NCBI GenBank assembly: GCA_965205975.1
Contig: OZ242195.1
Location: 5,280,001-5,344,000 of the forward strand
Direction of reading: 5' to 3'
Source of the DNA: Candidatus Latescibacterota bacterium
Lineage (GTDB): Bacteria; Latescibacterota; UBA2968
Length of the DNA: 64,000 nucleotides
Both the position numbers and the translations under genes were made by a program. The notes below the pieces were generated by a model that worked only from the letters and a program-made list of their open reading frames with translations, made no database searches and was not told the DNA's origin. Shown here piece after piece: positions 31,227-41,182 of the stretch (position 1 is its first letter; each line of letters opens with the position of its first letter).

Positions 31227-32019
31227 ACTTGTTTTTTATGCGAGTTTTGTCGGCTGCATTTCCAAAGCCCAGGCTGAACCATCCCTCGTAGCCCATGGCG
31301 TTTAAGCGTTTGAAAAGTGCGTCAAAATCGATTGTGCCTTCTCCCGGTACCAGGTGTATTTCATAATCGCCATTGTTATCATTTATGCGTATCTGGCCAA
31401 TATTATCTACGCCAAAGGTATCGAGAAATCCCGCCCAGCCCTCGGGCACGAGATGACCATGTGCTACGTTGAAAGCCCATTTGAAGTGATCGGATTGAAT
31501 GGCATCAAAAAACCATTGCGTCTCTTCAACATTGTGCGGCAAATAGTGAATCTCGGCGTGTTCGGGTTCCAAATTGTGGTTTTCAAAATAGATCGATACA
31601 TCGGTTTTTTCCGCTCGATGTACCAGCCGCTTCATGCGTTCTATGGCAGCATCGCGGCGCGGACCTGTGTCGCCAAAGTGATAGCCCCCATGGCCGACGA
31701 TCCAGCCGCATCCCAACCGAACCGCGAGGTCAAAGTTGGCGTTCACATAGTCATCGACTGCTTCGGATAAAATTGGTACGTATTCGGCATTGTTAATGGC
31801 GGAGGAGGGATGTACGCCGATTTGCACAGCGTGTTTTTCACACAGGTCTCGAATGCGTTTTACGCGCGCATTGTCAAAAGAAGTTAGATTATTTGGGGGC
31901 ATGTCGGCTTGAAAGTCGATATAGCGAAGTTCATTTTCTGCACCCCATACAATACCCTCTTCAAGGGGTGTATTTCTGTCCATGTTGTATCCAAATCGCC
32001 CGCTCACTATTGCCTCCAT
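31210..32019 (-). CDS. Sugar-phosphate isomerase/epimerase family TIM barrel
   Basis: HGG, FENH, NVAHGHL, NDNNG...HLVPGEGTIDF. Confidence 0.85.
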   Translation of the reverse strand: MEAIVSGRFGYNMDRNTPLEEGIVWGAENELRYIDFQADMPPNNLTSFDNARVKRIRDLCEKHAVQIGVHPSSAINNAEYVPILSEAVDDYVNANFDLAVRLGCGWIVGHGGYHFGDTGPRRDAAIERMKRLVHRAEKTDVSIYFENHNLEPEHAEIHYLPHNVEETQWFFDAIQSDHFKWAFNVAHGHLVPEGWAGFLDTFGVDNIGQIRINDNNGDYEIHLVPGEGTIDFDALFKRLNAMGYEGWFSLGFGNAADKTRIKNKFEEKL

Positions 32020-32037
32020 AAAGATGTAAAAAAATCA

Positions 32038-33237
32038 TTATCCAATCAGTGCCTGGTACACGAGTGTCTTGAATTCGGCGCGAATGCGGTAGTAATTTGC
32101 GGGCATAAATTGCGTGAGCAATAGCCCGACGAGTTCTTCTTCATAATCGATCCAGAACGCAGTTGTTGCCGCACCACCCCAGCGAAATGTGCCCACACTG
32201 CCGGGACCGCCAGCGGCAGCGTCGAGCAAAATCGCGCCTCCCAATCCAAAACCTTCACCCGATAGATTTGCCAGTCCGAGGGAGATGGGCATCAGTTCGT
32301 CGGGCAAGTGGTTCATTGTCATCAGTTCGACGGTTTTGCGCCCCAGAAGGCGTACGCCTTGAAACGCGCCCCCATTGAGCATCAGGTGGCAAAAGCGAAT
32401 ATAATCAGAGGCTGTGGAGACCAATCCGCCACCACCGGAAAAGAATTTTTGCGGACTGGAAAATTTGCTGGTCGCCGGGTCGTCAATCACGCGAATCCCA
32501 CCTTCTTGTGCCGGGCCGTAATTTGTTGCAAACCGATGTCCCTGGCCCTCGCGCACCCAAAATTCCGTGTCTTCCATGCCGAGGGGATCTAAAATTCGCT
32601 CTCTGAAAAACGCATTGAGAGGCATGCCGGAGACAACTTCGACAAAATGTCCGAGTACATCGGTCGATACGCTGTAGCGCCAGGCTGCGCCCGGTTGATT
32701 CGCCAGGGGTAGCGTTGCCAGTGTTTGTACCATTTCTTTTGCGGAATGGTCCGGCCGATTAATTTTTGCCTGATTATACATTTGTTCGACGGGCGAATTG
32801 CCCATAAAGCCATAGGTCAGTCCCGATGTGTGGGTCATCAAATGGCGAATCGTGATTTCTCGCTCCAGGTCCTCTGACGGAGCACCTGTACCCGCGAAGA
32901 CTTGTACATCTTTTAATTCTGGAATAAAATCCGATACGGGGTCATCCAATTGAAAAAGCCCCTCTTCAAAGAGCATCATGGCCGCGACAGTTGTGATCGG
33001 TTTGGTCATTGAATAAATTCGAAAGATCGTGTCGCGCGTTGTGGGTACTTTTGTGTCTTGCGTTCCGAAACAAGAAAAATGCGCGATTTTGCCCTGCCGA
33101 CAAACCATCGTTATGATGCTGACGAGTTTGCCTTCGTCGATATAGCGTTGCATTACGCGGTTGATGCGGTGCAAGCGCGTAGCTGATAGTCCCACATCTT
33201 CTGGTGCAACAATGGGAAGCCCTGGATCACTGTTCAA
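32038..33237 (-). CDS. Serine hydrolase (beta-lactamase class C-like)
   Basis: SxxK in IYSMTK, LMTHTSG, YS, GGGGL.STA, WGG. Confidence 0.92.
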   Translation of the reverse strand: MNSDPGLPIVAPEDVGLSATRLHRINRVMQRYIDEGKLVSIITMVCRQGKIAHFSCFGTQDTKVPTTRDTIFRIYSMTKPITTVAAMMLFEEGLFQLDDPVSDFIPELKDVQVFAGTGAPSEDLEREITIRHLMTHTSGLTYGFMGNSPVEQMYNQAKINRPDHSAKEMVQTLATLPLANQPGAAWRYSVSTDVLGHFVEVVSGMPLNAFFRERILDPLGMEDTEFWVREGQGHRFATNYGPAQEGGIRVIDDPATSKFSSPQKFFSGGGGLVSTASDYIRFCHLMLNGGAFQGVRLLGRKTVELMTMNHLPDELMPISLGLANLSGEGFGLGGAILLDAAAGGPGSVGTFRWGGAATTAFWIDYEEELVGLLLTQFMPANYYRIRAEFKTLVYQALIG

Positions 33238-33252
33238 AATTCGCTCCTTTTT

Positions 33253-34404
33253 TTATGGTTCAATCAGATTGTCGTTAATATAGTCCCAGTTGAAATCAAA
33301 TCCCAGACCTGGTAGCTGAGGGAGGATGACATTGCCGTCATCATCCATGGGATCTACAATGGAATTCAAATAGGGTGGTGGAGTTTCGTAGTCGAAGTCG
33401 GGGCGCAAGAGGCCGCGTTCGTAGTATTCACAGGTTGCTTCTGTTGTTGCGCCCAGGATTTGACAGTTTGCCCATCCGCCATAGTGCATTTCACACTGAA
33501 TGCCGAAGGCCTGGGCTATGTTGACCATTTTGTAGCATCCCGTGATGCCGCCATAGTTTTGATCGATGCGCAGCATGTCACATGCGCCCTGGAGCACCCA
33601 TTCGGCGCGTGTGAAGACGCCGCCGGGAATGTGTTCTGGCGAGAGTATGGCGATGTCCAGTTCGCGGGTCAATCGTCGGTATGCTTCTGTTCGCGTTTCG
33701 ATCATGGGATGTTCCAGCCAGTAATAGTTCAGTTTTTCCAGTTCGCGGCCGACCCACAAAGATTGCTCCAAAGTATAGACGCCAAAGGGGTCTAACATCA
33801 AGACCATGTCATCGCCGACAGCTTCGCGCACGGCCTTGCATACTTCCACGTCTTCTTTGGGAAATCCGGGCACCTGAGGGGCAGGTTCCCAGGTGTGTGG
33901 GTTCCAGCAGATGTACGCGTGAACTTTGTAGGCTTTGTATCCCTGTTTTTTGCATTCGAGCGCATGTTCGGCATAGTCTTCGGGTTTGCCGATGTTTGGA
34001 AAGGTGCTGGCATAAGCTTTGACTTTGTCGCGGGCACCTCCCAGTATTTTGTGAACGGGGAGGTCAACCATTCTGCCGAGCAGATCCCAAAGGGCGCAAT
34101 CGACTGCGCCCATAACATGCTCGGGCAAGCTATGACCGAAGGTGACGAGTTGGTCCATCCAGTTCCAGATTTTTTCACGCGCAAGAGGATCTTCACCGAT
34201 CAACATGCGCTTGATTGGACCTTCGAGATATTGCCGATCGCCACCGACCATATATCCTTCGAGACCTTCGTCTGTTACGATTTTGAAGATCGAGCTTGCC
34301 GATTCTTTTTGCTCTTCTCCCCAGATGCCGTAGCCCCACTTACTCGGTCGAGACCTGCCGCCTGGCGTGCGGAATGTAATTACTTCGATGTCTGTAATTT
34401 TCAT
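33253..34404 (-). CDS. Mandelate racemase/muconate lactonizing (enolase superfamily) enzyme
   Basis: DCALWDLLG, KVH, MLDP, WLEHP, PE, CEMH. Confidence 0.9.
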   Translation of the reverse strand: MKITDIEVITFRTPGGRSRPSKWGYGIWGEEQKESASSIFKIVTDEGLEGYMVGGDRQYLEGPIKRMLIGEDPLAREKIWNWMDQLVTFGHSLPEHVMGAVDCALWDLLGRMVDLPVHKILGGARDKVKAYASTFPNIGKPEDYAEHALECKKQGYKAYKVHAYICWNPHTWEPAPQVPGFPKEDVEVCKAVREAVGDDMVLMLDPFGVYTLEQSLWVGRELEKLNYYWLEHPMIETRTEAYRRLTRELDIAILSPEHIPGGVFTRAEWVLQGACDMLRIDQNYGGITGCYKMVNIAQAFGIQCEMHYGGWANCQILGATTEATCEYYERGLLRPDFDYETPPPYLNSIVDPMDDDGNVILPQLPGLGFDFNWDYINDNLIEP

Positions 34405-34522
34405 GGGGTCCTCAATTCATAAAGATAAAAAGAAATACAGATTACTCGTGATGTTTCAAATTAGCTTCTTATACTGAAAAATCAAGGTTGACGTACTCCC
34501 CCCCTGTTCATTTCCGAAACAC

Positions 34523-34557
34523 AAAAAGGCTTACAAGAATTCCTGTAAGCCTTTTTT
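34523..34557. terminator. Terminator hairpin beside the tRNA-Val 3' duplicate
   Basis: AAAAAGGCTTACA-loop-TGTAAGCCTTTTTT. Confidence 0.8.
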
Positions 34558-34558
34558 A

Positions 34559-34614
34559 TTTATGGTGGGCGATACTGGATTCGAACCAGTGACCTCCTGC
34601 TTGTAAGGCAGGCG
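34559..34614 (-). repeat. att-like direct repeat: copy of the 3' 52 nt of tRNA-Val plus 4 flanking nt
   Basis: Matches 39216-39271 with one mismatch (GACCTCC vs GACTTCC); D-arm and 5' end are missing. Confidence 0.92.
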
Positions 34615-34762
34615 TTATTGTAATATTTACAATAACTTACAAAAGTGTAAAATCAAAAGTAACATTGGAGAATGGATATTAATGGGGTCTACAGGTAGCA
34701 ACAGGTACGATTTCTGGTCGAATAGTGGGCAGATTTATCTTCGTTACGTGTGTTCGATCATT

Positions 34763-37222
34763 CTAAGATACGCGTATTTCAATAGGCGTTGTGATACCAA
34801 GCTGGGTAGCAACTGGAATGTAAATATCAACACTTTCAGGGGGAGTATGTATCGATACAACCAAAGAATACCGACAGCTTTTTTCCCATCCTCCTAGATG
34901 GGCTCTATCCCTCCACCATCCACCAATAGGCCATACCGCGATAAGATTCGACGTAGCCAATTCTACAGCAGGTCCCCTCCAAATATCAGAATGAATCGAA
35001 CCCACATCACGGTTTTGCGAGCCAATCACCCATTTATCGGTTGGTCCTGAAGTGCCCGGACGATCTTTGCCTTCCCTTGCTTGGGTATTGATGCGTTGTC
35101 CAAATTCATCTTCTAATTCAGCCGGTCCTTTGACACTGAATCGCAGTCCATGTGAAGGATATCGATATTTGTCTTGCCAACCCACTTCCCCAGGTCCAGG
35201 CTCAATAAAGTAGGAAAGGGTCACACGCATTTCTACGTCTATTTCCTGCAATTCTTTAAGTGCTTCAAGCGGCCACGGAAGCGCATAAAGATGCATCTCC
35301 CGAGTTTTTGGCCTTCCGCTTTTCCCTCTCTCAAAAGGCTGGATCTCTGCTTGTGATATCAAAGTTAGAGTATTCGCTGCACAGTAAAGAGCCTTATTTA
35401 GATCAGGAACCCCATATCCGCATATTCTCAGCAAGTTCCCGTAAGCAGTCTTGCTCTCATCACTTAGAAACTGGTCCTTCATAGTATCCGTCCACGATGC
35501 GCTGTGGACCATCAACGCTCGTACTGTTTCCGGCCAAGCATCTGGATATTCTTTCTGGATTCTGGCCGCCATCCAAGCACCCTGAGCAGTCGCAGCACTG
35601 GTTGCAAGAAAAGATTCAAACTGATTCATCTGAGGGTCCGAAGATGTCGATAGAAGGGACAGATCTTCAGCAGAATAAATAGACTGATGAGGCCCCTCGG
35701 CGACATTCCCGCCCTCAAGCAGTATTTCCGGTTTAACAGGCCATCTCTTTTGCCAATCGAGAGAGGTTGTACTAAACGGCGATAGTCCACCCAGTGGCGC
35801 GACCGGACTGTAGCCCTGCAGCGTCGGGTCTGTAATCGTCACCTTTTCGGTATGGGCACCAACGGTAAGAGCATTCCAAGCCTGACCAGGATCATGAATT
35901 TCATTGGTCTGATTTGAGTCTGGATACCGTTTCCATTCATCCGGGTCTTGGATGTTTCCTGCACTCACAACGGCCAATTGCTTGGAGCCATCATCGTTGC
36001 CAGAAGTCACACTATCAAGTGTTGCTGACCAAGATGACGGCCTTCCTCTGTCCCTGGAATCCGTGGAAGTTATGGCCAGACATGTGATACGTTTACGCCC
36101 AGGAGCTTGGATTTCCGCCCGACTGATTCCCTGTGCAGTCATATGCCCCCAAAGTTCTCTTTCATTTCGATCAGGAGGCGGTGGCAGAATTTTGGCCGAC
36201 TCTAAAATATGGGAGATCTGTAGCGATTCGCCTGATTGCAGAATCTCAAGGAGATCTCCATAGGTAACGACACCAGCCATCAAAGTTCCATGGCCGTCAT
36301 GATCGTGTGTACCCCAATTTGGATCTACGGTATGAAGATCGGGGTCCGCCAATACAGGGTGGATCAGAGAGTGACCGTTGTTTATTCCAGTGTCCAAAAT
36401 GCAAACAGCAACATCCGTGTGTTCGTCGAATTCCGTTCTGCTCAGGATATTTCGAACTGCATCAGTCTGTAGGACGTTTTCCATTGTAATATAAAATGTC
36501 GCCACTTCTTTTCCACTTCTGAGTTCGGCGACATGATCCGAAAATTCGACAATCCCCTCCAATTGCGTGCGGTTTGCTCTGATGAGTTTTACAGTACGTT
36601 CTGGAAATTTGAGCAACCCGCCAGCTTGTTCAATACCCTGCTTTTGAAGCGATGAATCAAACACACTGATTGTTTCATCATCATCGCTACTCAGCCAAAC
36701 TTCAATCCATGCAGGATTTTCATTGGGAAGCAATCCAGAGTCATCTTGCCAGAATGATTCAAGCACGGACTTGCGAATATCTGCAATGCTTTCAACCAAT
36801 TTCTGATTTTTGGGCTTGCCTGTCGGTGTCTCTTCAGAGGCATACCGGGTAATTCTCCTGAGAAAGTATCCCCTCTTCGAGTGAGGAATATAAACAGTCG
36901 CATAAATTACTTCCTCTCCATCTTCGACTTTCCTGCGAACGTTTAGAAGCCGAATGTCCAGAGAACGATTTTCAAGACTTTTAAGCATGAGATCGCACCC
37001 GGGATCACTCATGAAATCGAGATACGCCCCTTGACGTGCTACGTGAATAGCTGCTTGCCTGTCCTCCACTTCCTCCCAGGCTGCATCAAGTTGGGTTTGA
37101 AGAAAGGTGCTATGATCTACACGATTGCGTGGACGTGTTCTGAATCTCCCACTTCCGCCCCCTGGCCGGGTAAACCCCTTGGTCTGAGTAGGATTGTCAA
37201 TGAAGATGTGTCTGTAGTTCAT
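34763..37222 (-). CDS. ietS: S8 subtilisin-like peptidase, IetS-like
   Basis: Catalytic triad ILDTG / HGTLMAG / ATSAA, VKPE, YGVPD, TLSYFIEPGP; directly downstream of an AAA ATPase. Confidence 0.85.
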   Translation of the reverse strand: MNYRHIFIDNPTQTKGFTRPGGGSGRFRTRPRNRVDHSTFLQTQLDAAWEEVEDRQAAIHVARQGAYLDFMSDPGCDLMLKSLENRSLDIRLLNVRRKVEDGEEVIYATVYIPHSKRGYFLRRITRYASEETPTGKPKNQKLVESIADIRKSVLESFWQDDSGLLPNENPAWIEVWLSSDDDETISVFDSSLQKQGIEQAGGLLKFPERTVKLIRANRTQLEGIVEFSDHVAELRSGKEVATFYITMENVLQTDAVRNILSRTEFDEHTDVAVCILDTGINNGHSLIHPVLADPDLHTVDPNWGTHDHDGHGTLMAGVVTYGDLLEILQSGESLQISHILESAKILPPPPDRNERELWGHMTAQGISRAEIQAPGRKRITCLAITSTDSRDRGRPSSWSATLDSVTSGNDDGSKQLAVVSAGNIQDPDEWKRYPDSNQTNEIHDPGQAWNALTVGAHTEKVTITDPTLQGYSPVAPLGGLSPFSTTSLDWQKRWPVKPEILLEGGNVAEGPHQSIYSAEDLSLLSTSSDPQMNQFESFLATSAATAQGAWMAARIQKEYPDAWPETVRALMVHSASWTDTMKDQFLSDESKTAYGNLLRICGYGVPDLNKALYCAANTLTLISQAEIQPFERGKSGRPKTREMHLYALPWPLEALKELQEIDVEMRVTLSYFIEPGPGEVGWQDKYRYPSHGLRFSVKGPAELEDEFGQRINTQAREGKDRPGTSGPTDKWVIGSQNRDVGSIHSDIWRGPAVELATSNLIAVWPIGGWWRDRAHLGGWEKSCRYSLVVSIHTPPESVDIYIPVATQLGITTPIEIRVS

Positions 37223-37234
37223 ACCACGAATCCC

Positions 37235-38200
37235 TTATTCTCGCCAATGAGTCGCTTTACGCTCAGCCAACATCTGTATCAGCAGTGGCTCATCCACTCT
37301 CTTTTTGTCATTCAAAATGGCGAACTTGACGGCATCGCGGCAAGAATAGTCGATTTCAGCATGGCTCAGTCCGGCACTCTCTTTCACAATTTGCGTCCAG
37401 GGAAGGCGGGCAGGTAGAAAGGAACCCAGCACATTTCGTATAAGACGTTTTCGGGCATCATCAGACGGATTATCATAATACAGCACATCATCGAATCGTC
37501 TAAAGAGAGCCCTGTCAAGATTCCGAGGGCTATTGGTGGCAGCTATGATCAGACTGTCTGAAGAGTCGTTTTCGATAAATTGAAGGAATGCATTCAGGAC
37601 GCGACGCATCTCTCCTACATCGTTTTCTAAACTTCGTTCTCCTCCGATGGCATCAAATTCATCAAAAAGAAAAACGCCCTTTTCCTTCTCTATAAATTCA
37701 AAGATCTGCCGCAATTTCGCACTCGTTTCTCCCATGAATTTGGTGACGAGCTTATCAACCTGCACAGTATGCAGAATTAAGCTTAATTCATGTGCAAGAA
37801 CCTGAGCACTCATTGTCTTGCCTGTTCCAGGGGCCCCTATTAGAAGAATTTTCCGCCTATTTGATAGACCATGAGTTTTAAGCTTATTCTGCTGTCTATA
37901 CTCAAAGATGATTCGATCTATACGCTTTCTCAGAGACTCCAACAATACCAATGAGGACAGAGAGACAGATGGTTTCTCTGAAATAACAAGGCCACTTAAA
38001 TCCTGTGGAAATTTGATAGTTCTGAAAGAACCGCGTTCTTGCTTTGCCTTGTCGACCAATTTACGTATATCGTGTGCAAGAGCACCATGCCCTAGTCTCG
38101 CTTCGTGCGCAGCTACTTGAAGAGCAATGGTCACGAAATGCTCAGAGTCATCAATGATATATGATCGAATCAATGACTTTATTTGCTCTGCTGTTGCCAT
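37235..38200 (-). CDS. ietA: AAA ATPase, IetA-like
   Basis: MATAEQIKSLIRS, ALQVAAHEAR.GH, Walker A GAPGTGKT, Walker B LFDEFD, DVGEMRRVLN, ALFRRFD. Confidence 0.87.
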   Translation of the reverse strand: MATAEQIKSLIRSYIIDDSEHFVTIALQVAAHEARLGHGALAHDIRKLVDKAKQERGSFRTIKFPQDLSGLVISEKPSVSLSSLVLLESLRKRIDRIIFEYRQQNKLKTHGLSNRRKILLIGAPGTGKTMSAQVLAHELSLILHTVQVDKLVTKFMGETSAKLRQIFEFIEKEKGVFLFDEFDAIGGERSLENDVGEMRRVLNAFLQFIENDSSDSLIIAATNSPRNLDRALFRRFDDVLYYDNPSDDARKRLIRNVLGSFLPARLPWTQIVKESAGLSHAEIDYSCRDAVKFAILNDKKRVDEPLLIQMLAERKATHWRE

Positions 38201-38757
38201 AAAGTGTCACCTCCTGCATCAAAATACTGCACATTAGTATACTGTGCAACAAATTTTGAATGCTTTTGAGATGATAAGCACACTCTAAATTGCTGTCAAC
38301 TCAGTCTTTTAAGCTGTTTTGGTGTGAATTTATCCAGGTTGGAAATGCAATCCGTGTCTTTCAGGAAACATTCGAGAATTTTGAACCCGAAAATGTAAAG
38401 GACCTGCTTGAGCGGAATGAAATACAGAAGGGAGAGCTCCTTTGGCAGGGAGGATCAGGTCTTTGTGTTGCCCAGAAAGACTGCCTAAGGTTACCTAAAA
38501 AAAAGATTGATGTTCTGAGTTTACAGAGTCATGGTAGCAACCCAAAGAAGACTTTCTATGCTGACTACCTGATTCCAGTCGGAGCGCTTTTGGAAACGCC
38601 TCAAGGTAGGAAAACGAAGCCATTGCCCGAGGCTGTTCCTAAGATTCTGAATCGTTTTGTAAGAAAATTCATGAAACCTTTATCTCTGTTGACGGAAAGA
38701 GACGTTTTACAGGTAATCCAGGGAGGCTGTCGTGCTTCACCCAATTATCGCTTTAGA

Positions 38758-39036
38758 TCAGGTGATTGACGAATACCGCAATTTTCGGATACCCCGCATT
38801 GACAAAACAGCCGATGTCAATGTCTCTACGTCTGGCGTGTCGCACTCAGCCAGTGTATCTCCGATCTGAAAAAATTCCTGCCATGCCTGGTCCGAAGCAT
38901 CAGCCAAGGAATTTACATCCTTTTCCTTTTGCATCTGGGGAGCACTTTGGGGCTTTTTAAGTTGCCAACTCTTAATGAGTTTCTGAAGATATTTCACCTT
39001 ATCCTCTGGCAATCCTACTACGTTGAGTATTTTCAT
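38758..39036 (-). CDS. Small hypothetical protein, possible orphan antitoxin
   Basis: GGGAGG RBS before ATG 39036; AWQEFFQIGD...ETLTSAVLSMR; function is a guess. Confidence 0.5.
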   Translation of the reverse strand: MKILNVVGLPEDKVKYLQKLIKSWQLKKPQSAPQMQKEKDVNSLADASDQAWQEFFQIGDTLAECDTPDVETLTSAVLSMRGIRKLRYSSIT

Positions 39037-39219
39037 ATTGACCTCCCAACTTCCAGTAAATGACCATCTCTGGGTTAGCCATATCTCAAGTGGTATGGTG
39101 GTGTTAGACAACTAACTGAATTTACGGTAATTCAATCCGTTGTCAATTTGTAATATGTTGGAGAGAGGCGAAACAAAAAGGGACTACGCATCAATTTACG
39201 TAACCCCTTTTTGTGTTTA

Positions 39220-39296
39220 TGGTGGGCGATACTGGATTCGAACCAGTGACTTCCTGCTTGTAAGGCAGGCGCTCTAACCAACTGAGCTAACCGCCC
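39220..39296 (-). tRNA. tRNA-Val (TAC)
   Basis: GGGCGGTTAGCTCAGTTGGTTAGAGCGCCTGCCTTACAAGCAGGAAGTCACTGGTTCGAATCCAGTATCGCCCACCA; 77-nt cloverleaf with encoded CCA. Confidence 0.97.
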
Positions 39297-39308
39297 GGAT
39301 AATAAAAC

Positions 39309-39563
39309 CTATCTCACATCGGTTGATGGCTCCTCTTCTTTCTGCCTGCTGAGCAGGGCTACTGGGATGAATACGCAGTAACCGAGTACGAGCAGTAGCG
39401 GGGCAAGGGTGAGCGACATAAAACCATCGACTGGCGGTAGGGAGAGAAAAACATAGCCCAGTGCAATGGTGACAAGCCCCAACCCAAAAAGCCATATATT
39501 CCGTTCCGCATAGGGCAGTTTTGGTCGGGGTTTGGGACGTTGTCGCGCTCTGCGAGGAGGCAT
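39309..39563 (-). CDS. Small two-TM membrane protein (DUF3098-like)
   Basis: NIWLFGLGLVTIALGY...SLTLAPLLLVLGY; ATG 39563. Confidence 0.7.
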   Translation of the reverse strand: MPPRRARQRPKPRPKLPYAERNIWLFGLGLVTIALGYVFLSLPPVDGFMSLTLAPLLLVLGYCVFIPVALLSRQKEEEPSTDVR

Positions 39564-39573
39564 AATAGAATTC

Positions 39574-39921
39574 CTATCGACGTTCTGCAATGCGGGCAGC
39601 ACGACCGCGCAGATCGCGCAGGTAATAAATTTTTGATCGCCGCACTTTACCGCGACGCAGCACTTCTATTTTCGCTATGCGAGGCGTGTGTAGTGGAAAG
39701 ATGCGCTCTACCCCAACGCCACCCGTGCTAATTTTGCGAACCGTAAATGTCGCGTGAATACCCGCTCCCCGGCGCTGGATGACCACACCCTCAAAAAGCT
39801 GGATGCGTTCTTTTTCGCCTTCTACCACACGGACATGCACGCGCACGGTATCGCCGGCTTCAAACTTGGGCACATCATCGCGCAGTTGTGCTTCGGAAAC
39901 AGATTTCAAAATGGCATCCAT
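39574..39921 (-). CDS. rplS: 50S ribosomal protein L19
   Basis: [40 protein letters not shown]. Confidence 0.98.
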   Translation of the reverse strand: MDAILKSVSEAQLRDDVPKFEAGDTVRVHVRVVEGEKERIQLFEGVVIQRRGAGIHATFTVRKISTGGVGVERIFPLHTPRIAKIEVLRRGKVRRSKIYYLRDLRGRAARIAERR

Positions 39922-39965
39922 GATTTACATACTCCTGAAAAAAATTAAAGTTCAAACAAAGTTGG

Positions 39966-40634
39966 TTATTCCAACAGGTCGGGGCGTCGCTCAAGCGTGC
40001 GTTGCCGCGCGTTGTCTCGCCGCCATTGGGCGACTTTTTTGTGATCTCCGCTGAGCAATGCCTCTGGCACGGTCAGGCCTTCAAATTCACGAGGTCGCGT
40101 GTACCAAGCACAATCCAACAGGCCATTTTGAAACGAGTCTTCGAGTGCCGACTCGGCATTGCCAATGGCACCGGGAATCAACCGAATCAACGCATCGATC
40201 AAAATGAGGGCGGGCAATTCGCCGCCGCTGAGGACATAATCACCAATTGAAATTTCATCATCGACATAGTTTTCGCGAACGCGCTCATCAATGCCGCGAT
40301 AGTGGCCGCACAACAATACGAGATGATCCGACAAAGACAATTCATTGGCCACAGATTGCGTAAATAGCCGGCCTTGAGGCGTGAGAAAAATTACGCGGCC
40401 ACCTGTGGGGAGTGCTTCTATCGCGCGTGCAATGGGTTCGGGTTTGAAGATCATCCCCGCACCGCCGCCATAAGGCGTATCGTCGATTGTTTTGTGCTTG
40501 TCGTCTGCGTGGTCTCGAAGGTCGTGCGCCAAAACGTCGATCAATCCCGCATCAATGGCGCGTCGCGGGATACTGTACTTCAGTACATCCCAAATCAAAT
40601 CGGGAAAAATTGTGATCACGTCTATTCGCATCAC
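39966..40634 (-). CDS. trmD: tRNA (guanine37-N1) methyltransferase
   Basis: DDTPYGGGAGM, CGHYRGIDER, SIGDYVLSGGE. Confidence 0.97.
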   Translation of the reverse strand: MMRIDVITIFPDLIWDVLKYSIPRRAIDAGLIDVLAHDLRDHADDKHKTIDDTPYGGGAGMIFKPEPIARAIEALPTGGRVIFLTPQGRLFTQSVANELSLSDHLVLLCGHYRGIDERVRENYVDDEISIGDYVLSGGELPALILIDALIRLIPGAIGNAESALEDSFQNGLLDCAWYTRPREFEGLTVPEALLSGDHKKVAQWRRDNARQRTLERRPDLLE

Positions 40635-40645
40635 AGATGGTCGTC

Positions 40646-41179
40646 CTACAAAAGTCCTTCGATTTCCTGAACGACAATTTTGCCAGCTTTTTGATCCACG
40701 CGGACAATCTCGCGTACGGCCGGGATCAATACGTCTTCGCCATTGCGATCTACCACATACACATCGTTGGCCGGATACGACAAGACTTCTACGACATGTC
40801 CCACCATTGCGCCGGATGCTGTTTCAACTGGCAATCCCTCGAGTTCAAAAACGTAAAACGAATTGTCGGGCAAGGGATACACGGCATCGCGGGCTACTAA
40901 AATGAAGTGCTCGCGCAATCGCCTCACATGCTCAGGGGTGTCAATGTCTTGAAATTTGATTGCCAGGCGAGAACCATAAGCGTGTACATAAGCCACATTC
41001 AATACAGAATATGTGCCGTCGGGCGCTTCGATGCGCACAGAGTCCAAATCGTCAAATCGTTGCGGGAAGTCGGTCAGCGGCAGCAGAAAAGCTTCACCCC
41101 GAATGCCTCGGGGTTTCATAATTTTGCCAACCGTGATAAAGCCTGTGCTGGAGTGGTTTAATTCAGTATCCGGCTCCAA
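40646..41179 (-). CDS. rimM: Ribosome maturation factor RimM
   Basis: VGKIMKPRGIRGE, FYVFELEG, ANDVYVV, LIPAV; position in the operon. Confidence 0.95.
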   Translation of the reverse strand: MEPDTELNHSSTGFITVGKIMKPRGIRGEAFLLPLTDFPQRFDDLDSVRIEAPDGTYSVLNVAYVHAYGSRLAIKFQDIDTPEHVRRLREHFILVARDAVYPLPDNSFYVFELEGLPVETASGAMVGHVVEVLSYPANDVYVVDRNGEDVLIPAVREIVRVDQKAGKIVVQEIEGLL

Positions 41180-41182
41180 GAC

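Larger units (their letters stand above)
34559..39271. mobile_element. tRNA-Val-anchored genomic islet without a recognisable integrase
   Basis: Bounded by the 56-bp direct repeat; lower GC and different codon style; defence-type cargo. Confidence 0.85.

Noticed and set aside
34563..34614. Second tRNA-Val gene
   Set aside because: It lacks the 5' acceptor strand and D-arm; interpreted as an att duplicate
38290..38769. 159-aa plus-strand ORF as a gene or integrase
   Set aside because: TTG start, no RBS, no recognisable domain or recombinase catalytic motif
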